From the NCBI GenBank assembly GCA_041687695.1, contig JAWLBL010000005.1, positions 4,382 to 68,381 on the forward strand: 64,000 nt of DNA. The letters are read 5' to 3'. The stretch is from Myxococcota bacterium (lineage in GTDB: Bacteria; Myxococcota_A; UBA9042; PHBI01; JAWLBL01). This document shows, one piece after another, positions 26,178-35,602 of the stretch. Made by a program: the position numbers and the translations under genes. Positions within the stretch are counted from its first letter, which is position 1. Every line of letters begins with the position of its first letter. The notes beneath the pieces are model-generated. The model was not told where the DNA came from. It made no database searches and saw nothing but the letters and a program-made list of their open reading frames with translations.

Positions 26178-29075
26178 TCAGAACTCCGTTAGGCAGCTTC
26201 TACAAGCATCGATGGCTTGCACCAACTCGCGAATCTTGGAATGCGAATAAGTCTTGTTGGTCAACGAGAAAGCGATCTCTGCTCCACCACGCACTTTGGT
26301 GACCCTTGTTCCCTCAGCTACCGGCTTCAGGGCCTTAACGGCGCGGTCCACCTTCGAGTCGAGGTACTTCTCGAACGTAGATCGCTTGTCGTGCTCCAAG
26401 CGCATGCGTGTAATCGAAACGTTGACTTCAGGGTCGCCCGCGCGCGACGCGGAGAGCGCGAGGCGCAACTCTAGAGGTGGTCCTGGATGTGTCCAGATTC
26501 GACCAAAGTCTGTGTTCTGCAACTCACTGAGGCGGTCTGGAAAAAGCCTGGCCAAGAGTTCCTGCAGTAGCAACGGGTCTCCAACGTCGACGACATCATC
26601 CACAAGCAGCCGTGAGAGCGACGTCAGCGAACGTACGATATCAGGCATGGACGGCCTAGCGCCTTGCTCGCTTCGAGTGCAAGCATAAACAAGCCGGGAG
26701 ACCGCGAGCGGAATTGCACGCCAGCTCTTGTGGACAAGCTGCACGGCTGCTTTAGCAATCGCGTCCTGGAAATTCGGAAATTGCTGCTCTCCCGGATATG
26801 GGTGGCGTTCCATGAGAACAAAGAAGATGAGCATCCCCATCCCAAACGAATCGACAGCGGCGTTTCTGGTCAAGGCGGCGTCCGACCCGGACGACGATTG
26901 TTCCGGCGCAGCATAGCCCTGCATTCGGGCGGAATGAGCAACTGACCGCTCATTTGCGCCACGGTGCCACGAAAGGTCGAAATCGAGAACTACAACCTCG
27001 AAACTGTCGGCGCCGAAAATTGGGTTCCGCAACATTACGTTCGCCGGCTTGATATCGCGATGTAAGACGACATCTTCCAGTTCGTGAGCAGAAGCCACGA
27101 TAGCCGCAACCCTCGTGAGCACATGAAGTCTTTGTTCGAGAGTGCTGAGGTAACCCTTGGAGAGCGCTTCCTCCAGGGTCAGTCCGGGAACGTGCTCCAT
27201 AAATATCGTTGGCGGAACCTCGTAAGCGTCATGGAAGCGAACCATACCGTCAATATTGTGCTTCGCCAATATTTTCATGGACTTGATGCCACGCCGGAAG
27301 CTTAGCACGTATCTCGGATCGCGCCGAACCTCTTCGAGCATGACTTTGGCGGCCTGAACGCCAGAATCCGGATCAGAAACTCGATACACCTGCCCGAACG
27401 CCCCCTTGCCGATCGGAGCTTCCACGAGCCGCCCAAAGAGCCTGCCCAGAGCCGGGTGGCCAGGTTCGAATAGCCAGGCCTTGTGGGTCGAACGCGGGTA
27501 CTTGCTGAATAGGTCACGAAGAGCGTCTAGCTGTGCTCCCTCCTGTGATGGAGAGTCGCGGACCAGGAAAGCAACAGCCGCGTTCAACTGGCTTCGAATG
27601 TCCTCCTCGTGAAGAGATGCTAGCTGCTCGTCAGGCAGAAGATTTGCCGGATCCAGCAGCCCGCCCTGGAAAGCCGACGGTGGGGCGCCGCTGTCCGGAG
27701 CATACGTAGCGATGTCCTTCAGGAGATCAAGCAGCGCAGTATGATCTGATGTTGTGCGCTGATTGTACTGGACGACACGAAGCCCCCAATCGCGATATTG
27801 CTCCAGCGTCTGGCTGTCTTTCGTGTGAGTGATGATAAACAAGCGAGGCGCGGAGTGTAGCCGTCGCAGAGTCTCGATTGCATGAAATTCGAATGTGACA
27901 TCCAACGGATTAAAACCAACGAGAACTACTACCTTCGTCCGGAGAACGGACGCGATGAAGTCGCGAAGTCCCGTGGAGTTCAGGGTCTGGTCACGCTCCT
28001 CTTTCGTGAACACCCAAGAAGTCTCGTCAGCGAGATCTCCATGTGCCAACAGCAGGAACTCGTCCTGCTTCTGAAGAAAGTAGTTATACTTTGCCGGCTC
28101 CTTGTGTGTAGCGTAGTCAAGACTTCGCCGTCGGATCTGCGCATATGAATCTAGCGGCAACCGGTCGAGATTGTAGGTGATGATGCCATGGACACCGAAC
28201 CGCCAAATCAGGTCATACACCTGATTGGACGGGCAGTTTTCGGTGCTCAAAAGACGGCGAATCGCTTGAACATAGCGAATTCCACCGAGGGAAGTCCGAA
28301 TGCGAGGAAACGCCTGCCAAAGGTCGCTGTAATTCGCCACCGACTTAGCAAGTGCCTCGACTGCCGACTTCTCGTCGTCGGCAAGGGTGAGTGCATCCTG
28401 ACGCACTTGCTTCACCAGCTGGTCCCGTAGCTCGCTCCAAAGTGGAAGTCCAGAGAACTTCGAGACACCTGCACCGGTGAGGAACACAACGTCTTTGGGC
28501 GACTTGGCAATGCGCTGTCGCAAGTCGAGAAAGGCATCTGAGGTTGCGTCGAATGGAACGAAGGTGGGCGCTGGAGGGGGTGTCGGGTCTACAAGATCCA
28601 ATTGGCGGTCTGGTGGTGAAACACCCACGAGACCGCGCTTAACAAGCGTGGCACGCCAGCGGACAAGTGTATTTGCCCGGATGTCGGCTGTCTCTCCACC
28701 GAGGCCTGTCAACTTCTGAATGCGCCTCGTTAGTTCCTCTCGGGTCGGTCCGTCTTTTGCCAGGAGGTCAGGGCACAGCCGCGTAAGCACTTTGGAGTTG
28801 ACAATCGACTCCCGAATATGCAGGCCCTCGGAAACCGAGCCAGGTAGCGTCGCAAGTAGGTCGCGGCCCGCCTGAGTGGGACTATCTGAGCCTTCATCCA
28901 GCCACCCCAGGCACCGAGCGGCATTCTTCACATAATTGATATGCCGGTGCCGAATTCCGGTAAGGTTAACGAGATCATCGCGCGCCACTACTCCGAGGGA
29001 AATCTGGAGCAGTAATGCTCGGATTCTCGTGAGATCTGGAGCCTGTGGGACAAGGTTACTAGCAATGCTCGACAT
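26178..29075 (-). CDS. SIR2-like NADase domain fused to Ser/Thr protein kinase (965 aa), lower-GC insert
   Basis: SIR2 motifs FLTGAGVS, ITYNLD, LAHG and VLVGF. Kinase motifs IGKGAFGQVY, AAK, HRDIKPAN, DFD and APE. GGAGG RBS. Confidence 0.88.
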   Translation of the reverse strand: MSSIASNLVPQAPDLTRIRALLLQISLGVVARDDLVNLTGIRHRHINYVKNAARCLGWLDEGSDSPTQAGRDLLATLPGSVSEGLHIRESIVNSKVLTRLCPDLLAKDGPTREELTRRIQKLTGLGGETADIRANTLVRWRATLVKRGLVGVSPPDRQLDLVDPTPPPAPTFVPFDATSDAFLDLRQRIAKSPKDVVFLTGAGVSKFSGLPLWSELRDQLVKQVRQDALTLADDEKSAVEALAKSVANYSDLWQAFPRIRTSLGGIRYVQAIRRLLSTENCPSNQVYDLIWRFGVHGIITYNLDRLPLDSYAQIRRRSLDYATHKEPAKYNYFLQKQDEFLLLAHGDLADETSWVFTKEERDQTLNSTGLRDFIASVLRTKVVVLVGFNPLDVTFEFHAIETLRRLHSAPRLFIITHTKDSQTLEQYRDWGLRVVQYNQRTTSDHTALLDLLKDIATYAPDSGAPPSAFQGGLLDPANLLPDEQLASLHEEDIRSQLNAAVAFLVRDSPSQEGAQLDALRDLFSKYPRSTHKAWLFEPGHPALGRLFGRLVEAPIGKGAFGQVYRVSDPDSGVQAAKVMLEEVRRDPRYVLSFRRGIKSMKILAKHNIDGMVRFHDAYEVPPTIFMEHVPGLTLEEALSKGYLSTLEQRLHVLTRVAAIVASAHELEDVVLHRDIKPANVMLRNPIFGADSFEVVVLDFDLSWHRGANERSVAHSARMQGYAAPEQSSSGSDAALTRNAAVDSFGMGMLIFFVLMERHPYPGEQQFPNFQDAIAKAAVQLVHKSWRAIPLAVSRLVYACTRSEQGARPSMPDIVRSLTSLSRLLVDDVVDVGDPLLLQELLARLFPDRLSELQNTDFGRIWTHPGPPLELRLALSASRAGDPEVNVSITRMRLEHDKRSTFEKYLDSKVDRAVKALKPVAEGTRVTKVRGGAEIAFSLTNKTYSHSKIRELVQAIDACRSCLTEF

Positions 29076-29205
29076 CGGATCACCTCCAGAATTCGCTCAG
29101 GCCAGATGGCCACGACGAAGATGGCTAGAGCGCGACGACAACACAGAGAGTGATGAGAACTGCCATTGAAGCAATCGCCCACATTAGGTACACGGACCAG
29201 CGAAC

Positions 29206-30204
29206 CTATGTGATGATGTGGGCCATCCCTGCGTCGGCACCAAAGATGTTCGACTTGTGGTAATCCAGATAGCGCTTGAGCGGCGCACCTCTTGGTGGCG
29301 CGATGAGGTTGTCGGCCAGATTAGGAGCCCCAAAGTAATAGCTGACGCGGGTGTCACTGGCCATGCTGACGTTGAGGGGGCCGGCGCGGTGGATGCGATA
29401 GCCGCCGTTGACGGTGATGAGGCCCGAGTCGAAGGCGCTGTCGTGGACGGGACAGGCGGCAATGCCGTTGCGGGGATCGAGACGCTCGCGGTCGGTGGAG
29501 ACGGCCCAGGGCTTGATGTGTGACGCGATGATGAGGCCGGAGCCGGGGAGCGAGCGGGGGGCGAAGCCGCAGAAGCCGCAGGCGTGGCCGTAGTTCTGTA
29601 GGACATCGCGGGCGAAGCGATGCTGACCGAGGCGGGCCTTGTGCTCGACCAGGCGGGTGGTCTCGCGGGTCGAGAAGTCGAAGGCCTGGCTGAGGTCGCG
29701 GACGTGCTGTTCTTGCTGGTGAAGGAGCGTCTCGAGTTCCTTGGAGCCGATCTCGTCTTGGCCGAGGAGGGTCAGGTCGGAGTCGAAAGCGCCGAGGAAG
29801 TCGGGCAGGTCATCGGGGCTGATTCCGAGGCTCCAGCCGGCCTTGAGGATGCGAACGTAGAGTTCGGCGTAGAGGCGCTGGTCGACGGAGAGGCGGACGA
29901 AGACCTCGGGCTCGTGTCGGCCGGCGTTGGTGCGCGAGCCGTCGAGGTTGAGCATCTTGTTGGTGAGCGAGCCGGGGGTTCGCTTCAGCAGGCCGGCGAG
30001 TCGGTGGACCTCGGGAGGGAGGGTGTGGATGTTGGCCCCGCCGTATTTGTTGGGGCTGATGAGGAAGAAGAGGCCGTAGCATAGGAGGACCTCGATGGGG
30101 AGGAAGGTCTCCTGGCGAGGCTTGGGCGTGCGGTCGAGGATGCGGCGCCATTGGCGGGCAGCTTCGGACTCGGTGACCTCGAGGTAATCGGCGACTCGCG
30201 ACAT
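29206..30204 (-). CDS. HNH endonuclease (putative modification-dependent restriction enzyme)
   Basis: 'RLGQHRFA..V..NY...CGFCG...ASHIKPW...NGIAACPVHDSAFD'. Confidence 0.88.
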   Translation of the reverse strand: MSRVADYLEVTESEAARQWRRILDRTPKPRQETFLPIEVLLCYGLFFLISPNKYGGANIHTLPPEVHRLAGLLKRTPGSLTNKMLNLDGSRTNAGRHEPEVFVRLSVDQRLYAELYVRILKAGWSLGISPDDLPDFLGAFDSDLTLLGQDEIGSKELETLLHQQEQHVRDLSQAFDFSTRETTRLVEHKARLGQHRFARDVLQNYGHACGFCGFAPRSLPGSGLIIASHIKPWAVSTDRERLDPRNGIAACPVHDSAFDSGLITVNGGYRIHRAGPLNVSMASDTRVSYYFGAPNLADNLIAPPRGAPLKRYLDYHKSNIFGADAGMAHIIT

Positions 30205-30276
30205 GCCGTTACCCTGCCATGCGGGAGGGCGGGGCGCCAGAGGGGCCGTGATGCTTGGGTTGCAGGAGCGTGCGCA

Positions 30277-31428
30277 TCAGGCGGCTTGCAGGACGCGGCG
30301 GATGGCGTCGGGGTCGGCGGGGATGAGGTCGGGGCCGTGGTGCCAGAGGAAGGCGTCGTCGCGGAGGCGGAGGTAGAGGCCGCGGGCGACGCCGAGGGTG
30401 CGTGTGGGGGCGGTCTCCCAGTTGGTGGAGGCGGCGAGGGCCTGGAGCTCGGGGGCGAGGGTGGAGGAGGGGCCGAAGCGGGCGGACCAGCGGGTGACGT
30501 GCTCGGGGGCGGCGAGGAAGTCGCGCTTGTGGGCGTTGCAGCGGCGGTCGGCCAGGACGAGGTTCTCGATGGCGTCGTCGGGGTAGCGGGCCCAGGGGAT
30601 GAAGTGGTCGACCTCGGCCGAGTCGGGCAGGCGCTTGTCGCAGTAGAAGCAGCGGTTGTCCTGGAGGTCTCGGAGGCCGGGCTGGAGGACGGCGGTCGAG
30701 CGGCGGTCGGTGCCGAAGAGGAAGGCCTCGAGGCGGGACTCGTGGAGCTTGTTGATGTGGGCGACGAGGCGGGCCCACTCGCGGTGGATGAGGGGGCGGA
30801 GGAGGCCGTTGAGGAGGACGAGGTGCTCGGCGACGCCCGGGAGGAGGTGGATGCGGTTGTCGAAGTCGGTCGAGCCGGGCGGGACGGGGCCGTGGCGGAG
30901 GGCGCGCTGGTAGGCGGTGACGGAGGCCTTGTTGCGCTCGATGGAGAGGTCCCAGGCGATGCGGTAGACGAGCTCGCGGTGGAGGCGGCCGACGACCTGG
31001 AGGCGGGGGAGCGGCATGAGGATGAGGGTCCACTCGACCTTGTCGACCAGGGAGAGCCAGCGGGTCGGGGAGGCGAGGCGGGCGCGGTGGAGGGTGCGGG
31101 CGGCCTCGCCGGAGGAGGCGCGGAAGGAGAGGATGTCGGAGACGATCTTGGCTTGGCCGGAGGTGTTCTGCTTGAGGGGGGCGAGGCCGTCGGGGAGCTG
31201 GTAGTCGGCGGTCTGGGGCCAGTAGAGGTCGATGACCTTCTCGGCGAGCTGGCGGGTGGTGAGGACGTCGGGGGGCGCGCCGGTGCGGGTGGTGCCCTCG
31301 AGGCAGAGGTCGATGAGGCCGAGGAGGACGGCGTACTTGTAGGTCGCGACGAAGCCGCCCTGGTCGAGGAGCTGGAGGACGCTCTCGGCGAAGCGGATGG
31401 TGGCGTTGGGGTCGTGGGGGGCGGTCAC
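30277..31428 (-). CDS. HNH endonuclease with N-terminal TYK domain
   Basis: 'ATYKYAVL' and 'CFYC...VDHFIPWA...ENLVLADRRCN'. GTG start overlaps the HIT stop. Confidence 0.88.
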   Translation of the reverse strand: MTAPHDPNATIRFAESVLQLLDQGGFVATYKYAVLLGLIDLCLEGTTRTGAPPDVLTTRQLAEKVIDLYWPQTADYQLPDGLAPLKQNTSGQAKIVSDILSFRASSGEAARTLHRARLASPTRWLSLVDKVEWTLILMPLPRLQVVGRLHRELVYRIAWDLSIERNKASVTAYQRALRHGPVPPGSTDFDNRIHLLPGVAEHLVLLNGLLRPLIHREWARLVAHINKLHESRLEAFLFGTDRRSTAVLQPGLRDLQDNRCFYCDKRLPDSAEVDHFIPWARYPDDAIENLVLADRRCNAHKRDFLAAPEHVTRWSARFGPSSTLAPELQALAASTNWETAPTRTLGVARGLYLRLRDDAFLWHHGPDLIPADPDAIRRVLQAA

Positions 31429-31868
31429 GGGGTCGGGTCGGGGCGGCGGGGGATGTGGCCGGGGCGCTTGTAGTTGCCTTGGGCGGGGATGACGAAGCGG
31501 ACGCCTCCGGTGGGGTCGTCGACGTCGCCCTGGTAGCGGGGGATGACGTGGACGTGCAGGTGCATGACGGTCTGGCCGGCGGCGGGGTGGACGTTGATGC
31601 CGATGTTGTAGCCGTCGGGGGCGTGGGAGGCGTCGAGGGAGCGCTTGACGTCGCCGACGAGGGCGAAGAGGGCGCGCTGCTCGTCGGGGGTGGCGTCGAA
31701 CCAGGTGGGGACGAGGCGCTTGGGGATGACGAGGGTGTGGCCGGGGGAGACCGGGAAGCCGTCGCGGAGGGCGAAGGCGAGGTCGTTCTCGGCGACGCGG
31801 TCGGAGGCCGGGCGGTCGAGGAAGACGGAGGAGGCGGGCGGCGGGGCGGAGGGGGTCGTCGTCGTCAT
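31425..31868 (-). CDS. HIT family nucleotide hydrolase (intact copy, 147 aa)
   Basis: 'DGFPVSPGHTLVIPKR' and 'GYNIGIN...AAGQTVMHLHVHVIPRY.GD' histidine triad. Confidence 0.93.
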   Translation of the reverse strand: MTTTTPSAPPPASSVFLDRPASDRVAENDLAFALRDGFPVSPGHTLVIPKRLVPTWFDATPDEQRALFALVGDVKRSLDASHAPDGYNIGINVHPAAGQTVMHLHVHVIPRYQGDVDDPTGGVRFVIPAQGNYKRPGHIPRRPDPTP

Positions 31869-31904
31869 GGGGGCGAGGATGGACCAGGGGGGCGCGGGGG
31901 GCAA
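31869..31904 (-). promoter_or_regulatory. Candidate sigma70-type leaderless promoter of HIT
   Basis: TTGCCC-17 bp-CATCCT-7 bp-ATG with no RBS. Conserved in copies ending at 34499, 37465 and 39336; degenerate at ~42913. Confidence 0.5.
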
Positions 31905-32003
31905 CGTTGTCGGTTACCTGGTTGTGCCCCGGCGGGAGCGTCGGTCCCGAGTCGAAAGAGCAAGACCTGGGCCGCAGCTGACGTCAGGCCCAGGGGCAGG
32001 TCG

Positions 32004-33434
32004 TCATCGGTGAGCCGGCGTGCGCAAGCCCCGACACCACCTGGACACGCGGTCCCGCTCGCGCGACGAGAGGATGGCCCATGCTGGGCCGTTACGGATC
32101 TGCCAACCCAGAACCTCGTTCGAGACGCCGTAGCGGGTGCGGAGGAGGTTTGCAGCATCATCGAAGGAGCTCGCCTCGGCGATGGCGCGGAAGGCGGTCT
32201 CGCGGGGCAGCAGGAACTCGGCGGCGAAAGCGCGCGCCCGCTGCTCGAGGTGCTTGGGCGTCGAACCTCCGACGACATCGACGACTGGGAGGTGCCGAGT
32301 GCGGTCGATGAGCAGGTGTGCGATCTCGTGGCACAGGGTGGCACGCCGACCGCTGCTGGACCCGGCGTGACGCCCCTTGGGGTTGAGCAACACGGCGGGG
32401 CCGTGGCGAGCGCCCCAGACGGCGACGGCGTCCAGCTCGCGCTCCAGAGGCGGGAGTTCGTCGATACCGACAGCCCAGCCTGCCAGGAGCTCTTCCGGAG
32501 AGACCCGGTCGTCGTGGATGTCGAGGACGGTGCGGAGCCACTGCGCGAGGACGTAGCCCTGTTGGTGAGGGGGGGCCGCGCCCACCGCGTCGAGCACGGC
32601 CTGGGCCCCACGAGCCAGGTCATCGAGGATGGGCGTCGAGTAGAGGGGTTGGTCGGAAACAGCAAACACGACGGCGCGCCGAGTCGAGTCTGAGAGAGGT
32701 TGGCTGAGACGTGCAGCCGCTGATACGGGGCTCTCCATCGGGTCCGCCGGGTCTCCCCACCAGGTCTCAGGGTCCGCTCCGGCAGGCGTCCAGTCGGCGC
32801 GCCGCTCGGCGTCGAGCCCGGTCCGCCAATCCAAGATCCGCGATCGAGACGGCGCACGGCGATCCCAGCGGGCGAACGCCGCCATCGCCCTTGGTGCGGC
32901 CTCGGCGCCGAGGTGAGCGCGAAGCTGCGAGACGGCTCCTTCTAGAACGCGGAGCGTTTCCTGGTACGGCAACCACAGGGCGAGGTCCCGCGTGCGCAGG
33001 CGGAACCCGAGCCCCTCGCGGACGAGCCACACGGGAGGGAGAGTGAGGCCCTTCAAGCCGGCTGCGAGGTCGTGTCGGTGCTGGTAGGCATGGACCGCGT
33101 CTTCGACGACCAGCGGGTCTGCGCCCTGTGCGGTAGCAAGGACCGAAGGAGACCTCAGCTCGTCGAACTCCACGTTAGGCAACCCGAAGGGTGGCTGGTC
33201 TTCGTGCAGCAGATGGCCCCAGGCGCGCGCAAGGTGCTCGACGAGGTCGATCCAGGTCCATGCGACCGGCCGCTCTGGATCGTCGCCGCTCCAATGACGC
33301 AGCCCTCCGACCCATAGCACGAGGCCTCCCCAAGCGAGGCCCTGGACATCCTTCGGGATGTCGCGGCTCCAAGAGAAGTCGAACGCCAGGTGAGCGCGGT
33401 CTCCGATCACGGCTCGCTGTGCTTCTTCAGCCAT
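32004..33434 (-). CDS. Protein with C-terminal ImmA/IrrE metallopeptidase domain
   Basis: 'RRATLCHEIAH...EQRARAFAAEFLLP'; overlaps the upstream small gene. Confidence 0.82.
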   Translation of the reverse strand: MAEEAQRAVIGDRAHLAFDFSWSRDIPKDVQGLAWGGLVLWVGGLRHWSGDDPERPVAWTWIDLVEHLARAWGHLLHEDQPPFGLPNVEFDELRSPSVLATAQGADPLVVEDAVHAYQHRHDLAAGLKGLTLPPVWLVREGLGFRLRTRDLALWLPYQETLRVLEGAVSQLRAHLGAEAAPRAMAAFARWDRRAPSRSRILDWRTGLDAERRADWTPAGADPETWWGDPADPMESPVSAAARLSQPLSDSTRRAVVFAVSDQPLYSTPILDDLARGAQAVLDAVGAAPPHQQGYVLAQWLRTVLDIHDDRVSPEELLAGWAVGIDELPPLERELDAVAVWGARHGPAVLLNPKGRHAGSSSGRRATLCHEIAHLLIDRTRHLPVVDVVGGSTPKHLEQRARAFAAEFLLPRETAFRAIAEASSFDDAANLLRTRYGVSNEVLGWQIRNGPAWAILSSRERDRVSRWCRGLRTPAHR

Positions 33435-33820
33435 CGCTCGAAGATCTCCTGGGTCCCTTCCTTGGCCGCGCGCTTTCGGAGCTCCTCGCGGATGCTTCCC
33501 GGCATGCGTCCGCGCCAAGGATAGCCGTGGTAGCTCCGACCTGCCAGCGTGGTCACAGCCTTATAGGGAACACCGCGGTAGACGTTGTAAATCGCGTCGG
33601 GGCCATCCACGAGGTCGTCTTCATAGAGCGAGGGCTCGGGGATGCCGGTCCGGAGCAGCGTTTGCGCCAGGTCATCCGTGATCGAGTTGTGGCACTTGCC
33701 GACCTGGCCGCGTTTGGATGGGAGGAAGCCGGCTTCATCGCGGTTCCAGCAATGCTTGGTGCGGCCTTCGCCCCGTTCATAGGTGAAATGCTTCAGGTCG
33801 TGGTGTTCAGGCCACTCCAT
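33407..33820 (-). CDS. Small hypothetical protein, candidate toxin (KH...GKC...YHGYP motifs)
   Basis: Coding-like ORF coupled to the ImmA gene; toxin role is an inference. Confidence 0.6.
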   Translation of the reverse strand: MEWPEHHDLKHFTYERGEGRTKHCWNRDEAGFLPSKRGQVGKCHNSITDDLAQTLLRTGIPEPSLYEDDLVDGPDAIYNVYRGVPYKAVTTLAGRSYHGYPWRGRMPGSIREELRKRAAKEGTQEIFERWLKKHSEP

Positions 33821-33897
33821 GACGAGTCCCTCGGCCAAGTGGGAGGCCGTCTCGGGTTAGCATGCGGGACTCCGTCGCGCAACAGCCTGCTGAAGGG

Positions 33898-34499
33898 CGG
33901 GGCGGCGGGGGATGTGGCCGGGGCGCTCGTAGTTGCCAAGCGGGACTCGAGCCTCCGAACCAAGGCCGAGCTCGTCTCCCCGCTTGGCGACCCGCAAGGT
34001 GCGCGCGCTAAGCGCGCGCGGACGCTTTCGAATGCCGCCCGCCGCGGTTCGCGGACGGGCGGATCGGATTGCCCTGGGCGGGGATGACGAAGCGGACGCC
34101 TCCGGTGGGGTCGTCGACGTCGCCCTGGTAGCGGGGGATGACGTGGACGTGCAGGTGCATGACGGTCTGGCCGGCGGCGGGGTGGACGTTGATGCCGATG
34201 TTGTAGCCGTCGGGGGCGTGGGAGGCGTCGAGGGAGCGCTTGACGTCGCCGACGAGGGCGAAGAGGGCGCGCTGCTCGTCGGGGGTGGCGTCGAACCAGG
34301 TGGGGACGAGGCGCTTGGGGATGACGAGGGTGTGGCCGGGGGAGACCGGGAAGCCGTCGCGGAGGGCGAAGGCGAGGTCGTTCTCGGCGACGCGGTCGGA
34401 GGCCGGGCGGTCGAGGAAGACGGAGGAGGTGGGCGGCGGGGTGGAGGGGGTCGGCGTCGTCATGGGGGCGAGGATGGACCAGGGGGGCGCGGGGGGCAA
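33898..34499 (-). pseudogene. HIT copy 2, near-identical, disrupted near its 3' end by a 131-bp insertion
   Basis: 34069-34499 matches 31474-31904; 33898-33937 matches the HIT 3' end (~31440-31478). Confidence 0.9.
33938..34068. mobile_element. 131-bp structured insertion flanked by TTGCC direct repeats
   Basis: TTGCC at 33933-33937 and 34069-34073, but only once at the matching site in the intact gene. Three internal hairpins. Confidence 0.55.
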
Positions 34500-34510
34500 G
34501 GTGGGCCGTG

Positions 34511-35602
34511 TCAGGTGTAGGTCCTTGCAGCCCCGGTGGCTTCGACGTGACTGGTTCCGTCCGCGCGGAGGCGAATCGTCACGCGGCTGGGGCCTGCGCT
34601 CGTGGGCGCGGGGGTCCAGCCGGCCTGGAGGCATTTGGCGTGGGCGTGGCCGGCGGTGAGAGCGAGTGTTTCGGCGCGGGGGCGGAGCCGGTCGAGGACG
34701 ACCTGGTGCGGTAGCTGGGACCTGGCGAAGGGCGTGATGACCGCGATGCGGGTCTTGTCCGGGCTCGCGTGGAGGTCCCAGGCTTCGTCCAGCCAGGCGT
34801 GCCTGGAGCCGTGGTGGGGCACGCTCACGACGTGGACGTTGGTGAGGGTGTCGGCCTCGCCGCCGCGGGTCAGCTCGCGTAGGACGCCCCGCCAGCCGCG
34901 GGTCGGATTGGTTGGTGCCTCCACGTCGCCGCCGAGGAGGATCTTCCAGCCGCTCCAGCGCAGGACCAGGCCGAGGGAGACGAGATTGGGGTGGTCGCCC
35001 GGGCTCCGTTCACCCGTGAGGCGCTTCAGGGTGTTGTCGGCGATGGCGGGACGCTCGCCTCGCCACTCGACGATGTTCTGGAGCTGTCTGCGAGAGGCGT
35101 TCAGGTCGGCCGGAAGCGGGGCGATGACCGCGACGGAGGCGCCATCCGGCTGCCAGGCACGCTCCTTGGAGTTGAAGGCGACGTCGAGGCAGCGGTTGTC
35201 TCGAGCGAGCTGGTCCAGCCTCTCGAGTGCTGCGGCGAGGCGGCGCTGGCTGGGCGAGCGGCCGCCCCAACGGGTGAGGAGGTCTCGGACGAGCGATAGC
35301 GTGGGCCAGGTCCACGCGAGACGGACATCGAAGCGGCGAAGTAGAACGTCGAGGCCGTCGACGTGGTCGAGGTCCGGGTGCGTGACGATGAGGTGGTCGA
35401 TGGTCGTGACCCCGAGGTCATCGAGGAGGTCTCCCGTGAGAGAGCGGCCCTCGTGCTCGCAGCAATCGACGACGAGTGTGAGGCCGGACGGCAGACGAAT
35501 CACGGTGGATTCGCCGAAGCCCGGACCGAGGAAGTGGAGGGTCAGCTCCGGGGCAGGCGGTGACGCGGGGGCGCTGGGCGGGGGATCAGACCTCGAGGCC
35601 AT
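34511..35602 (-). CDS. MBL-fold metallo-hydrolase (ComEC/Rec2-like)
   Basis: 'G.GES', 'THPDLDHVDG', 'LLGGD' and 'VPHHGS' motifs. Confidence 0.88.
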   Translation of the reverse strand: MASRSDPPPSAPASPPAPELTLHFLGPGFGESTVIRLPSGLTLVVDCCEHEGRSLTGDLLDDLGVTTIDHLIVTHPDLDHVDGLDVLLRRFDVRLAWTWPTLSLVRDLLTRWGGRSPSQRRLAAALERLDQLARDNRCLDVAFNSKERAWQPDGASVAVIAPLPADLNASRRQLQNIVEWRGERPAIADNTLKRLTGERSPGDHPNLVSLGLVLRWSGWKILLGGDVEAPTNPTRGWRGVLRELTRGGEADTLTNVHVVSVPHHGSRHAWLDEAWDLHASPDKTRIAVITPFARSQLPHQVVLDRLRPRAETLALTAGHAHAKCLQAGWTPAPTSAGPSRVTIRLRADGTSHVEATGAARTYT

